From Candidatus Omnitrophota bacterium (GTDB taxonomy: Bacteria > Omnitrophota > Gorgyraeia > Zapsychrales > JANLHA01): 64,000 nt of DNA. The translations under genes were made by a program, and so were the position numbers. Below, one piece after another: positions 55,445 to 64,000 of this stretch (position 1 is the first letter of the stretch; every line of letters begins with the position of its first letter). The notes beneath the pieces are model-generated. The model saw only the letters and a program-made list of their open reading frames with translations. It was not told the origin of the DNA and made no database searches. Location: assembly GCA_040753435.1 (NCBI GenBank), contig JBFMEN010000029.1, positions 8,173 through 72,172 on the forward strand. Direction: 5' to 3'.

Positions 55445-57439
55445 ATGGCGCCCATCAAACGAACGCTCACTTTTTTTCCTGTTGTCGGGATTCTGTTTTT
55501 TTCAGGATGTTCTTCCATTCAATTAAATTCACGAGAGCAGCTTTCCCCGTCACTTAAAATTCTTTCCGAATTCCAAAAAGGCTTTCCGCTTCCGGCCCCA
55601 AGGTTTGTCCTTGCCGATCCGGGAAGCCCCGGCGTCGTTGATTATTCTTTGTTCGGCGAGGTCAAAGACGCGGGGACCGAATCTTACCGGTATGTAATCA
55701 GGGATGCGGAAGGGCTTAAAAAGGCAGTCGGAGCAGGCACCTATCCTAATGAGGACGGGATTTTAAGGGATCCTGAGTTCAAAAAATATAAAGACGCCGG
55801 GCTGATTAAAGGTTCGGCCTGGGACGCGCTTAATGATGAGGATCTTCAGAGGGCGTTTTATGTGTGGACGCGGGCGTATCATGAGGACAAAGGCGTGAAA
55901 ACTTTTTTCACCGCCCTTCTGCTTGAAAAATCCGGGCACATTCTTCAGGCCATTAAAACCTATTACGCGGGCATCATCCATTTTCCCCGATCCGCGTGCT
56001 TTGCAAAAGACGGCAGTTTTGTCTGGTATACGGCTCCGGTTGCCATGACCCATCTCAAACGGCTATGCCGGGATTACCCTGATCTTGATTTGGAGTATGT
56101 CGACGGTTTCTTTTCCATTCTGAATGGTCAGGACATTGATTTGAGCAATGATATTATTCACGCCCATCCCGGAGTTCTCGTGAAAAAGATGCTTGTTGAA
56201 AAAAAGAACGATCTGCGCAAATTTTTTGACCAACCGGTGATCGAAACACGGGGCGACGGACAGGTTCAACTGGTTAGATTTCAGAACGGACACTGGCAGC
56301 TTCGCGCAGACGGCGAGCCTTTTTTTATCAGAGGGATCAGTTATATGCCGACCGAGATCGGATTGGGCTCTGACGCGCTGGATCAATGGATGTTTTCTGA
56401 TAAAAACAAAAACGGAAAGATCGACGGCCCTTACGAGGCCTGGGCGGACCTCAACGGGAACGGACGGCAGGACAAGGAAGAGGCCGCTGTCGGGGATTTT
56501 CAGTTAATGAAAGATATCGGCGTAAATGCGATCCGTTTATACATTCCGAACAAAGGACTGGCGGAATATGATCCTGCGAGAGTCAATAAGGTTTTGTTGA
56601 GAAAAATGAAAGAACATTACGGCATATGGGTTGTTGCGGGAGATTTTCTTGGAGCGTATACGCTGGGTTCAGGGGCATCCTGGCAGGACGGGACTGATTA
56701 TACGGATCCCGAGCAGCGCCGGAAGATGAAAGAAACGGTCAGGGCCAAAGTCATGGACCTTAAGGATGAGCCCTTCATTTTAATGTGGCTGCTGGGGAAT
56801 GAAAATAATATGGCTTCTGATTATATGGGCGTTAATGCGGCTCGGACGAACGCGCGCCGTCACCCCGAGGCCTACGCAAAATTTCTCCAGGAAGTTGCAT
56901 TGATGATTCATGAGCTTGACCCGAACCATCCGGTCGCCGTCGGGAATGTCGAAACCGGTCTTTTGGAATATTATCAGCAGTTTTCACCCGCTATAGATAT
57001 CATCGGAGTCAATTCATATCAGGGCTCTTTGGGGTTCGGAGGCCTATGGCAGGAAGCAAAAACGAAATTCGACCGGCCGGTATTGATCACTGAATACGGC
57101 TGTGATGCTTATTTTCAGGGACGGGGCGAGGACGAAGACTCGCAGGAGGAGTATCACCGCGGGAATTTTCGCGATATTATTTTTAATCAGGCCGGCGGGC
57201 CGGGAGAGGGGAATGCCATCGGCGGCATGATTTTCGAGTATCTTGACGAATGGTGGAAGGATACCCGCGGCGATCCAAACGACTCACAACAACCCGGTTA
57301 CACGTTTCCGTTTCCTTTTCCTGACGGGCATTCCCATGAAGAGTGGCTTGGAATTATCAGCCAGGGATCAGGAAAAAACAGTCCTTTTGAGCGCCGTCCG
57401 CGTAAAGCATATTATTTTTATAAAGAAACCGCACGGTAA
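55445..57439 (+). CDS. Lipoprotein glycoside hydrolase (clan GH-A TIM barrel, GH2/GH5-like) with an inserted Ca-binding-loop pair
   Basis: Lipobox FFSGCSS. GVNAIRLY, acid/base LLGNENN, nucleophile LITEYGCDA. DKNKNGKIDG...DLNGNGRQD are EF-hand/dockerin-like loops. Confidence 0.5.
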   Translation: MAPIKRTLTFFPVVGILFFSGCSSIQLNSREQLSPSLKILSEFQKGFPLPAPRFVLADPGSPGVVDYSLFGEVKDAGTESYRYVIRDAEGLKKAVGAGTYPNEDGILRDPEFKKYKDAGLIKGSAWDALNDEDLQRAFYVWTRAYHEDKGVKTFFTALLLEKSGHILQAIKTYYAGIIHFPRSACFAKDGSFVWYTAPVAMTHLKRLCRDYPDLDLEYVDGFFSILNGQDIDLSNDIIHAHPGVLVKKMLVEKKNDLRKFFDQPVIETRGDGQVQLVRFQNGHWQLRADGEPFFIRGISYMPTEIGLGSDALDQWMFSDKNKNGKIDGPYEAWADLNGNGRQDKEEAAVGDFQLMKDIGVNAIRLYIPNKGLAEYDPARVNKVLLRKMKEHYGIWVVAGDFLGAYTLGSGASWQDGTDYTDPEQRRKMKETVRAKVMDLKDEPFILMWLLGNENNMASDYMGVNAARTNARRHPEAYAKFLQEVALMIHELDPNHPVAVGNVETGLLEYYQQFSPAIDIIGVNSYQGSLGFGGLWQEAKTKFDRPVLITEYGCDAYFQGRGEDEDSQEEYHRGNFRDIIFNQAGGPGEGNAIGGMIFEYLDEWWKDTRGDPNDSQQPGYTFPFPFPDGHSHEEWLGIISQGSGKNSPFERRPRKAYYFYKETAR

Positions 57440-57608
57440 AGATTCTCCGTATTGACATTTTTAAACAAGAGGGATAATCTATCTAAAATGATTTTAAGGT
57501 TTTTATAACGCTTTGTTAAATTTGCATACAGAAATTTGAAGTAATTGTAAAATTTTAAGTTCGTACGGCAGGCAGGTTTTTCCAAACAATCCGATAATAG
57601 AGAGAGCA

Positions 57609-59303
57609 ATGGATCAGGAACCCAACAGAAGAGCGGACTTTATCCGCCAGATTGTGGCAGACGATGTTGCCGCCGGAAAAAACGGAGGGATGGCCGTTAC
57701 CCGTTTTCCGCCGGAACCCAACGGGTATCTTCACCTGGGCCATGCCAAGTCCATCTGTCTTAATTTCGGGATCGCTCTTGAATTCGGCGGCCGCTGCCAT
57801 TTAAGGTTCGACGATACCAATCCGACGAAAGAAGAACAGGAGTATATTGATTCCATCAAAGAGGACGTGCGCTGGCTGGGTTTTGACTGGGGCAAACACG
57901 AATATTACGCGTCGGATTATTTCGACCGGCTGTATGAATGGGCCGTTAAATTGATTAACGACGGCAAGGCTTATGTCGACGATCTGACTATGGAGCAAAT
58001 CCGCGAGTATCGGGGGACTTTGACCAGGCCGGGCAGCAACAGCCCTTTTCGCAATCGTTCTGTTGATGAAAATCTGGACCTGTTCCGGCGGATGAAGGAC
58101 GGCGAATTCAAGGATGGTGAAAAAGTGCTGCGAGCCAAAATCGACATGTCTTCCCCCAACCTGAACATGCGCGATCCCGTTATGTACCGCATTCTTCACG
58201 CCAGCCATCACCGGACCGGAGACAAATGGTGTATTTATCCCATGTATGATTATGCCCATGGCCAGTCGGATTCCATTGAAGGGATCACCCATTCGATTTG
58301 TACGCTGGAATTTGAAAATCACAAGCCCCTTTATAACTGGTTTATTGAACAGCTTGGCATTTTTCCTTCTCATCAATACGAATTCGCGCGTTTGAATTTG
58401 ACATACACTGTCTTGAGCAAACGAAAACTTCTTGATTTGGTCAACAGCGGAGTTGTGGATGGCTGGGATGACCCGCGGATGCCCACTGTTTCCGGAATCA
58501 GACGCCGGGGGTACACTCCTGAAGCTGTCAGGAATTTTTGTGAGAAAGTCGGCGTTGCCAGGGTCGACTGCACCAACGAAGTCGCCTTGCTGGAACATTG
58601 CCTGCGGGAGGACCTGAACAAAAAGGCGTTAAGGGTCATGGGCGTTCTTGACCCGCTGAAAGTGACGATCATCAATTATCCGCAAGATCAAACCGAGGAA
58701 ATGGAAGCGGTTAATAATCCCGAGGATGAAACGGCCGGCAGACGGAAAGTGCCGTTCAGCCGCGAGCTTTATATCGAGCGGGATGATTTCATGGAAAACC
58801 CGTCGAAGAAGTTTTTCCGCCTTCAACCGGGCGGGGAAGTGCGTTTACGTTACGCCTATTTTATTACATGTAAAGAAATCGTTAAGAACGACAAGGGCGA
58901 GGTTGTTGAGCTGCGCTGTACTTACGATCCTCAAACGAGAGGCGGAGATTCTCCGGACGGGCGCAAGGTCAAGGGAACCATTCACTGGGTTTCTGCAAAT
59001 CATGCGGTTAAGGCCGAAGTCCGTTTATACGATCGGTTGTTTTTAAAAGAAAATCCGAATGACGTCGAGGAAGGGCATGATTTCAAAGAGTATTTAAACC
59101 CCGATTCCCTTAAAATATTAAAGGATTGTTATGTGGAGCCTTCCTTAAAAAATGCTGCTGCGCGGGTTCCCTATCAATTTGAGCGCAAAGGATATTTTTG
59201 TCTTGATTCAAAGGAAGCGTCTTCCGGGAGGCTTGTTTTCAATCGCACTGTTACCCTCAAAGACAGTTGGGAAAAAACTCAAACGGCTGCTTCCCGGGCA
59301 TAA
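57609..59303 (+). CDS. glnS: Glutamine--tRNA ligase
   Basis: [26 protein letters not shown] (HIGH region specific to GlnRS), VLSKRKL (KMSKS-like), and a C-terminal anticodon-binding beta-barrel. Confidence 0.9.
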   Translation: MDQEPNRRADFIRQIVADDVAAGKNGGMAVTRFPPEPNGYLHLGHAKSICLNFGIALEFGGRCHLRFDDTNPTKEEQEYIDSIKEDVRWLGFDWGKHEYYASDYFDRLYEWAVKLINDGKAYVDDLTMEQIREYRGTLTRPGSNSPFRNRSVDENLDLFRRMKDGEFKDGEKVLRAKIDMSSPNLNMRDPVMYRILHASHHRTGDKWCIYPMYDYAHGQSDSIEGITHSICTLEFENHKPLYNWFIEQLGIFPSHQYEFARLNLTYTVLSKRKLLDLVNSGVVDGWDDPRMPTVSGIRRRGYTPEAVRNFCEKVGVARVDCTNEVALLEHCLREDLNKKALRVMGVLDPLKVTIINYPQDQTEEMEAVNNPEDETAGRRKVPFSRELYIERDDFMENPSKKFFRLQPGGEVRLRYAYFITCKEIVKNDKGEVVELRCTYDPQTRGGDSPDGRKVKGTIHWVSANHAVKAEVRLYDRLFLKENPNDVEEGHDFKEYLNPDSLKILKDCYVEPSLKNAAARVPYQFERKGYFCLDSKEASSGRLVFNRTVTLKDSWEKTQTAASRA

Positions 59304-59519
59304 TTTTCTGATTTCCTGAAAAGACTGCTTTTTCTACTTTCTCCGCATCCCTGTCTTGGCACCGATTCAAAATTACGGGAACAGAGAGTTTTGTTAATTT
59401 TGATTTTGTTGGAATGCAGAAAAAAGAAGACAGCAGATCGAAAGTGCATCCGGAGATTTCGGATGGGAATTCATGATTAATCGGACATTTTTAATTCGTC
59501 ATTTTGTAATTTTAATGAA

Positions 59520-61139
59520 ATGAATACATTACTTCTCATAGGTCTGGCTGTTTTTCTAGGCGTGATTTCCGGAAAGTTTTTTCAAAGAATCAAAATTCCC
59601 CAGGTTGTCGGCTATATCCTGATCGGGCTGTTTATCGGTAAATCCTTTTTGCATATCTTTGAAGGACCGGTAATCGAAGGGATGATGCCGGTTGTTAATT
59701 TTACTCTCGGAATTATCGGATTTATTATCGGCGGATATTTAAAACGCGATGTTTTTTCCAAATACGGCAGATCCGTTTACGCCATTTTGCTTGGCGAAGG
59801 GATTCTGGCGTTTTTTCTTGTCGCAGCCGTTGTCACCTTAATTACAAAAAAATTATATCTTGGCCTTTTGTTCGGGGCGATCGCTTCGGCCACGGATCCT
59901 GCTTCTACGACCAGCGTTCTCTGGGAGTATCGTTCTAAAGGCCCTCTGACTACGACCCTTGCTTCTATTGTCGCCCTTGATGACGGCCTTGCGATCCTGC
60001 TTTACGGGTTTGCGAGTGTTTTTGCCAAGGCCATGGTCACCAAAGAAAGTTTTTCTTTATTGCATTCTTTTGGTTTGCCTTTGTGGGAAATTTGCCAGTG
60101 CGTGATTCTGGGGTGCCTTGCCGGTTTTTTGGTTAGCAAAAGTGTTTTGAAAATTCGTGAACGCGAGCTCGTGATCGCCTTTATCTTGGGGACGGTAGGG
60201 ATTGTGGCCGGAGTGTCGCTATGGCTGAGGCTGGATTTGATTCTTTCATGCATGGCTCTTGGGACTTTTGTCGCGAACAGTCTTCCTAAAAAAAGCGAGC
60301 CGATTTTCGCTTCGATCCGTGAAATGAGCGCGGCTTTATATATTTTGTTCTTTGTGGTCGTCGGCTCACAGTTGAACATCCAGGTTTTTTTTCAGACAAC
60401 CCTGTTGTTGACGGTGCTGGGATATCTGTTGTCCCGTTCCGCGGGAAAGATTTTTGGATCTATGCTGGGAGGAAAGATCGGAGGGGCGCGTCCTGAAGTT
60501 TCCCGTTATTCGGGAATCGCTCTGATGACGCAGGGCGGGGTTGCCATGGGCTTGGCTTTGTCAATCAGTCAGAATATGGCCATCAGCCTTCCGGTCGGAG
60601 GAAAAGAGATCGCGGTTCTTATTATGAATGTTGTGGCGGCGACAACTTTTATCGTCCAATTAATCGGGCCTCCCCTGGTTAAACTGGCGGTTACCAGGTG
60701 CAACGAAACCTTTAAGGATGTGACCAGGGAAGATATTGTTAATTCATTGAGCGTTAAGGATGTTATGCAAACAGATTTTGTTCCGGTTTCAGAAAATTCT
60801 TCGCTGGGGAAGGTGATTCAGGCTATCAAGGAAGGAGGAACTGACCATTCTCCCGTTTTTGGTCCTGAAGGCAGACACATAGGTTCGATCGCGCTTAATA
60901 ATTTAAAAGAGGCTTTATATGAAGAAGAATTGAAAGATTTGCTCCTGGCCGGGGATATTGCCGTGCCTGATCAATGGGTCGTTACGCAAGCCCAGTCGTT
61001 AAAGGAAGCGATGGAAATTTTTGAAGAACGGTATATTGATTATATCCCTGTGATTGAAAGCCAGGAATCCCCCAAGGTAATCGGTGTTTTAGAATATCCT
61101 TCTTTGATTCAAGTTATCAATCGAAAAATGCTTGTTTAG
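59520..61139 (+). CDS. Cation:proton antiporter (CPA1/CPA2, KefB/NhaP-like) with a C-terminal CBS-domain pair
   Basis: N-terminus LIGLAVFLGVISGKFFQRIKIPQVVGYILIGLFIG. About 11 TM segments. C-terminal CBS motifs (VKDVMQTDFVPV... and VIGVLEYPSLIQ). Confidence 0.8.
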   Translation: MNTLLLIGLAVFLGVISGKFFQRIKIPQVVGYILIGLFIGKSFLHIFEGPVIEGMMPVVNFTLGIIGFIIGGYLKRDVFSKYGRSVYAILLGEGILAFFLVAAVVTLITKKLYLGLLFGAIASATDPASTTSVLWEYRSKGPLTTTLASIVALDDGLAILLYGFASVFAKAMVTKESFSLLHSFGLPLWEICQCVILGCLAGFLVSKSVLKIRERELVIAFILGTVGIVAGVSLWLRLDLILSCMALGTFVANSLPKKSEPIFASIREMSAALYILFFVVVGSQLNIQVFFQTTLLLTVLGYLLSRSAGKIFGSMLGGKIGGARPEVSRYSGIALMTQGGVAMGLALSISQNMAISLPVGGKEIAVLIMNVVAATTFIVQLIGPPLVKLAVTRCNETFKDVTREDIVNSLSVKDVMQTDFVPVSENSSLGKVIQAIKEGGTDHSPVFGPEGRHIGSIALNNLKEALYEEELKDLLLAGDIAVPDQWVVTQAQSLKEAMEIFEERYIDYIPVIESQESPKVIGVLEYPSLIQVINRKMLV

Positions 61140-61197
61140 AAGCAAATTTACATCCAAGGCCGGCAAAGAGATCTCCGCGGGATAAAACCCTTGCCTA

Positions 61198-61232
61198 TTC
61201 AAAGACAATGCGTATAATAACAATCGTACTAG
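61198..61232 (+). promoter_or_regulatory. Promoter candidate for rex (TTGCCT, 16-nt spacer, TATAAT), with a Rex half-site ATTCACAA about 10 nt downstream
   Basis: Read directly. Confidence 0.35.
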
Positions 61233-61291
61233 AATTCACAAATTACGGAACGAATCAGTTTTAAATTTATTTAGATGTATAAGAGGTTAAT

Positions 61292-61921
61292 ATGAAAAGA
61301 TTTCCGCAAAAAACCATTTCCAGAACATTTATGTATTTGCGGGTACTCGATTCTTTGATTGAGGGAGCGCGTGAGTTTGTTTCTTCCCAGGAAATTGCCG
61401 CTATGGCCGGGGTGGCGGATGTCCAGGTTCGTAAGGATATTTCTGCCTTCGGAAAAGTCGGACGCCCGCGGATTGGATATGAAACTGAAAAGTTGAAGCG
61501 CTTGCTGGAAGAGTTTATCGTTCAGAATGTTGTTCATGTCGTCCTTTTTGGCGTAGGCAACCTGGGTTCTGCCATTCTCCGGTATCCCGGATTCCGTGAG
61601 GATAAAGTTAAAATCCTGGCTGCTTTTGATAATGATCAGGAAAAAATCGGCAAAGCTATTAACGGGATCACAATTTATCCTGTTGAAAAAGCGGAATTGA
61701 TAATTCCCAAGAAACATATCGAAATCGGCGTTATCGCGACTCCAAAGCAAGCCAGCCAGCGGATTGCGGAAATCCTGGTTTCCTGTGGCATTAAGGGAAT
61801 TATTAATTTTTCTCCAACGACCGTTACAGTCCCAAAGGACGTGCATATTCGCAATATCGACCTCGCAGTTGAATTTTTAACGCTCTTCTGCGATATGGTT
61901 CATGACAGCAATCCCGGTTGA
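61292..61921 (+). CDS. rex: Redox-sensing transcriptional repressor Rex
   Basis: N-terminal winged-helix (ISRTFMYLRVLDSL...SSQEIAAMAGVADVQVRKDISAFG) and Rossmann motif VVLFGVGNLGSAIL. Confidence 0.85.
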   Translation: MKRFPQKTISRTFMYLRVLDSLIEGAREFVSSQEIAAMAGVADVQVRKDISAFGKVGRPRIGYETEKLKRLLEEFIVQNVVHVVLFGVGNLGSAILRYPGFREDKVKILAAFDNDQEKIGKAINGITIYPVEKAELIIPKKHIEIGVIATPKQASQRIAEILVSCGIKGIINFSPTTVTVPKDVHIRNIDLAVEFLTLFCDMVHDSNPG

Positions 61922-62480
61922 CGCGATGAGATTCAATAAAATTCATTTCTGTTTTCTTTTTTTTCTGCTCGGCTGCATAACGCTGTCAGGCTGTGACCGG
62001 ATTTATGGTTTTTTGCAGAAAGAAGGGGCTGAAGAGCTTGAGCTGATTGGCGAAATAAAACCTTTTGAACGCAATGAAAATGTGGCCCGAGTCCAGCTGA
62101 GGCTAAAGCTTTTTGGCTATGCGATCGGGAATGTTGACGGGGTTCTTGGTTCAAATACGCGAAACGCCATTGAAAAATTTCAGGAGGATAATGGTCTGAC
62201 GACATCGCGGTTCATTGATTATGCGACGTGGAAGCAACTGATGATTTTCGATGAGCTCGGGCTTATTATCAATGAAGAGACCAATCCTTTTATGATTCAG
62301 GTGGCCCTTAAAAACGCGGGTTATGAGGTTGGAAGCATTGATGGCAATCTGGGGCCGAAGTCTGTTGCGATGCTGAAGAAATTTCAAGAGAATGAAGGGT
62401 TGAAACCCGATGGAAAGATTGGTTTTAGAACGCTGAGCGCCCTTTCCAGATACTTGCCGATTTCCGAAGAAGCCCAATAA
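61902..62480 (+). CDS. Lipoprotein with two peptidoglycan-binding (PG_binding_1) domains
   Basis: Lipobox LLGCITLSGC. Two repeats of the L.(K/L)..GY..G..DG..G..T..A(I/M).KFQE(D/N).GL motif. Confidence 0.7.
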   Translation: MTAIPVDAMRFNKIHFCFLFFLLGCITLSGCDRIYGFLQKEGAEELELIGEIKPFERNENVARVQLRLKLFGYAIGNVDGVLGSNTRNAIEKFQEDNGLTTSRFIDYATWKQLMIFDELGLIINEETNPFMIQVALKNAGYEVGSIDGNLGPKSVAMLKKFQENEGLKPDGKIGFRTLSALSRYLPISEEAQ

Positions 62481-62580
62481 AATGAAAAAATATGTTCTTG
62501 CACGAAAAAAATTTTTGTGATAAAATTCGTTAAAATTTTCACGATTAAATACTAGCGGAGTCCAAATCAGGAGGAGAAGA

Positions 62581-62952
62581 ATGGCCAAGATTTTAATGGT
62601 AGATGATGATGTGGATTTTCTTGAAGCGGGCGCGAGAATTCTTGAATCCCGGGGGCACACGGTTTTATCGGCTTCAAATTGTCAGGACGGAGAGAGAAAA
62701 ATCAAAGCTGAAAGTCCCGATCTTGTTTTCCTGGATATTATGATGCAGCAGCCGGATGACGGGATTGTCCTTGCCCAAAAGCTGTACAAGGAAGGACTTA
62801 AAGTTCCTATCGTGATGTTAAGCGGGGTCGGAACTGTCACGGGATATGTTTATGATAAAGATGACGAGACTCTTCCCTGCAAAGAATTTTTGCAGAAACC
62901 GATTGATCCTGAAACATTAATTCAGACCGTAGAAAAAATCCTGAGCGAATAA
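62581..62952 (+). CDS. Stand-alone response-regulator receiver (CheY-like) domain protein
   Basis: ILMVDDD...DLVFLDIMMQ (phospho-acceptor Asp)...MLSGVG...K. Confidence 0.8.
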   Translation: MAKILMVDDDVDFLEAGARILESRGHTVLSASNCQDGERKIKAESPDLVFLDIMMQQPDDGIVLAQKLYKEGLKVPIVMLSGVGTVTGYVYDKDDETLPCKEFLQKPIDPETLIQTVEKILSE

Positions 62953-62970
62953 TCAGGACGATAAGGAGAT

Positions 62971-63453
62971 GTGTTTATGACAAAGATGTGTTCAATGCAA
63001 AAGAAAGTCATGAAAGATGGACAGGAGGTTTTAGTCTGTGATGACTCAAGATCCCAGTTGATGGAAATCCTGCAGGACATTCAGAGGGAGAAGGGCTTTA
63101 TTTCCGATGATGACATGCAAAATGTCGCCGATCGACTTGGAATCCATCCCGTCGAGGTTTATTCCGTTGTCACCTTTTATTCTTTTTTTAATACGCACCC
63201 AAAAGGGCAAAATATCATCAGAGTCAGCATGTGTATTTCCTGCGTGATGGCCGGGGCGGAGGAAGTCCTCAAGGCGTTTGAAAAAGCGCTGGGGATCAAG
63301 GCCGGCGAAACCACTGCAGATAAAAAATTTTCATTGGAAAAAACCAGCTGTATCGGGATGTGCGATCAGTCTCCTGCGGTCCTGATCAATGACCGGCTAA
63401 TCGGTCATGTTCGTCCCGAGTCAGTTCAGTCTCTTCTTAATGATTTGAAATAA
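62971..63453 (+). CDS. NuoE/HoxE/HndA-family [2Fe-2S] thioredoxin-like subunit (NADH dehydrogenase 24-kDa-like)
   Basis: CISCVMAG...CIGMCDQSP four-Cys pattern. 160 aa. Confidence 0.75.
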   Translation: MFMTKMCSMQKKVMKDGQEVLVCDDSRSQLMEILQDIQREKGFISDDDMQNVADRLGIHPVEVYSVVTFYSFFNTHPKGQNIIRVSMCISCVMAGAEEVLKAFEKALGIKAGETTADKKFSLEKTSCIGMCDQSPAVLINDRLIGHVRPESVQSLLNDLK

Positions 63454-63468
63454 TTGAAGGAGGATCAA

Positions 63469-64000
63469 ATGTCAGATAAAAGAACGGGTTCGATCATCTT
63501 CAGCCACATCGAACCTTTTGCCGGCCTTAATGCCGCGCTGTCCAAAACAAAAATCGATATTCTTTCTGAAGTAAGAAATTCAAATTTGCGCGGAAGAGGG
63601 GGCGCCGGCTTTCCCACCGGGATTAAATGGAATCTCGCCGCTTCGGCTAAAGAAGAAAAAAAATATGTTGTTTGTAACGCGGACGAAGGCGAGCCGGGGA
63701 CATTTAAAGATCGTGTTTTATTAACCGAGATGCCCGAGATTCTTTTCGAAGGCATGACTATCGCCGCTTATGCGATTGGCGCCGATGAAGGGCTTGTTTA
63801 TCTTCGCGGAGAATATAGTTCGTTTTTCCCTCGGCTTGAGAAGGTTTTACAGGATATGAGAGCGGCCGGGCGCCTGGGAAAAGACATTCTAGGCAAGACC
63901 GGATTCAATTTTGATATTCAGATCCGCATGGGCGCTGGCGCCTATGTCTGCGGGGAAGAAACCGCCTTGATTGAATCCATGGAGGGCCAGCGCGGCGAGC
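63469..64000 (+). CDS. NuoF/HoxF/HndC-family NADH-binding flavoprotein subunit, N-terminal part. The CDS runs off the window end.
   Basis: Shine-Dalgarno GAAGGAGG at 63456-63463. Translation ...NLRGRGGAGFPTGIKW...VCNADEGEPGTFKDR...GAGAYVCGEETALIESMEG gives the FMN/NADH-binding motifs of the 51-kDa subunit family. Absent from the track because it is truncated at the window edge. Confidence 0.8.
   Translation, partial: MSDKRTGSIIFSHIEPFAGLNAALSKTKIDILSEVRNSNLRGRGGAGFPTGIKWNLAASAKEEKKYVVCNADEGEPGTFKDRVLLTEMPEILFEGMTIAAYAIGADEGLVYLRGEYSSFFPRLEKVLQDMRAAGRLGKDILGKTGFNFDIQIRMGAGAYVCGEETALIESMEGQRGE

Noticed and set aside
62500-62560. Rex operator upstream of the receiver/nuoE genes (ttgtga ... ttcacga)
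   Set aside because: The half-sites are about 17 nt apart. That does not fit the 20-bp TTGTGAA-N6-TTCACAA architecture.

Overview
This 64-kb window is the replication-origin neighbourhood of a bacterial chromosome of moderate GC content. On the minus strand (5'->3') it carries dnaA, dnaN, a DUF721 ORF, gyrB, gyrA, tRNA-Glu and a partial C-N hydrolase gene. An AT-rich oriC-like region with DnaA boxes lies upstream of dnaA. The plus strand then carries rpmH, yidD, yidC, a Jag_N-only ORF, two parS sites, parA, parB, yicC, gmk, rpoZ and coaC. Next come tRNA-Cys, tRNA-Leu and tRNA-Val. A small GIY-YIG nuclease gene sits next to tRNA-Val, bracketed by a 93-bp direct duplication of the tRNA 3' half. 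Downstream are thrS-infC-rpmI-rplT-pheS-pheT, a truncated pilin-like ORF, and rarA, which is flanked by 102-bp direct repeats and a recurring palindromic hairpin. The dominant feature is a roughly 21.2-kb locus at 25623-46872. It is made of three same-strand ORFs of 1941, 466 and 4699 aa, separated only by a -1 frame overlap and a 1-nt frameshift inside a repeat. Together they would encode a giant protein of about 7100 aa. Read N- to C-terminus, it has a hydrophobic segment, an HExxH motif, a coiled-coil/low-complexity region, a vWA domain with a MIDAS motif, two tandem AAA_5-like ATPase modules with non-canonical Walker B residues, and about 45 HEAT/ARM-like helical repeat units arranged in higher-order super-modules, with two bursts of near-identical 231-bp tandem DNA repeats. 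This is the candidate novel system. The rest of the window is housekeeping: a PEP-CTERM protein, 5-formyl-THF cyclo-ligase, rny, ymdB, a PilZ protein, gltX, a small lipoprotein, tRNA-Gln(CUG), ktrB/ktrA, a glycoside-hydrolase lipoprotein, glnS, a CPA antiporter with CBS domains, rex, a peptidoglycan-binding lipoprotein, a response-regulator receiver, a NuoE-like ORF and a partial NuoF-like ORF. No CRISPR array, rRNA or obvious transposase was seen.
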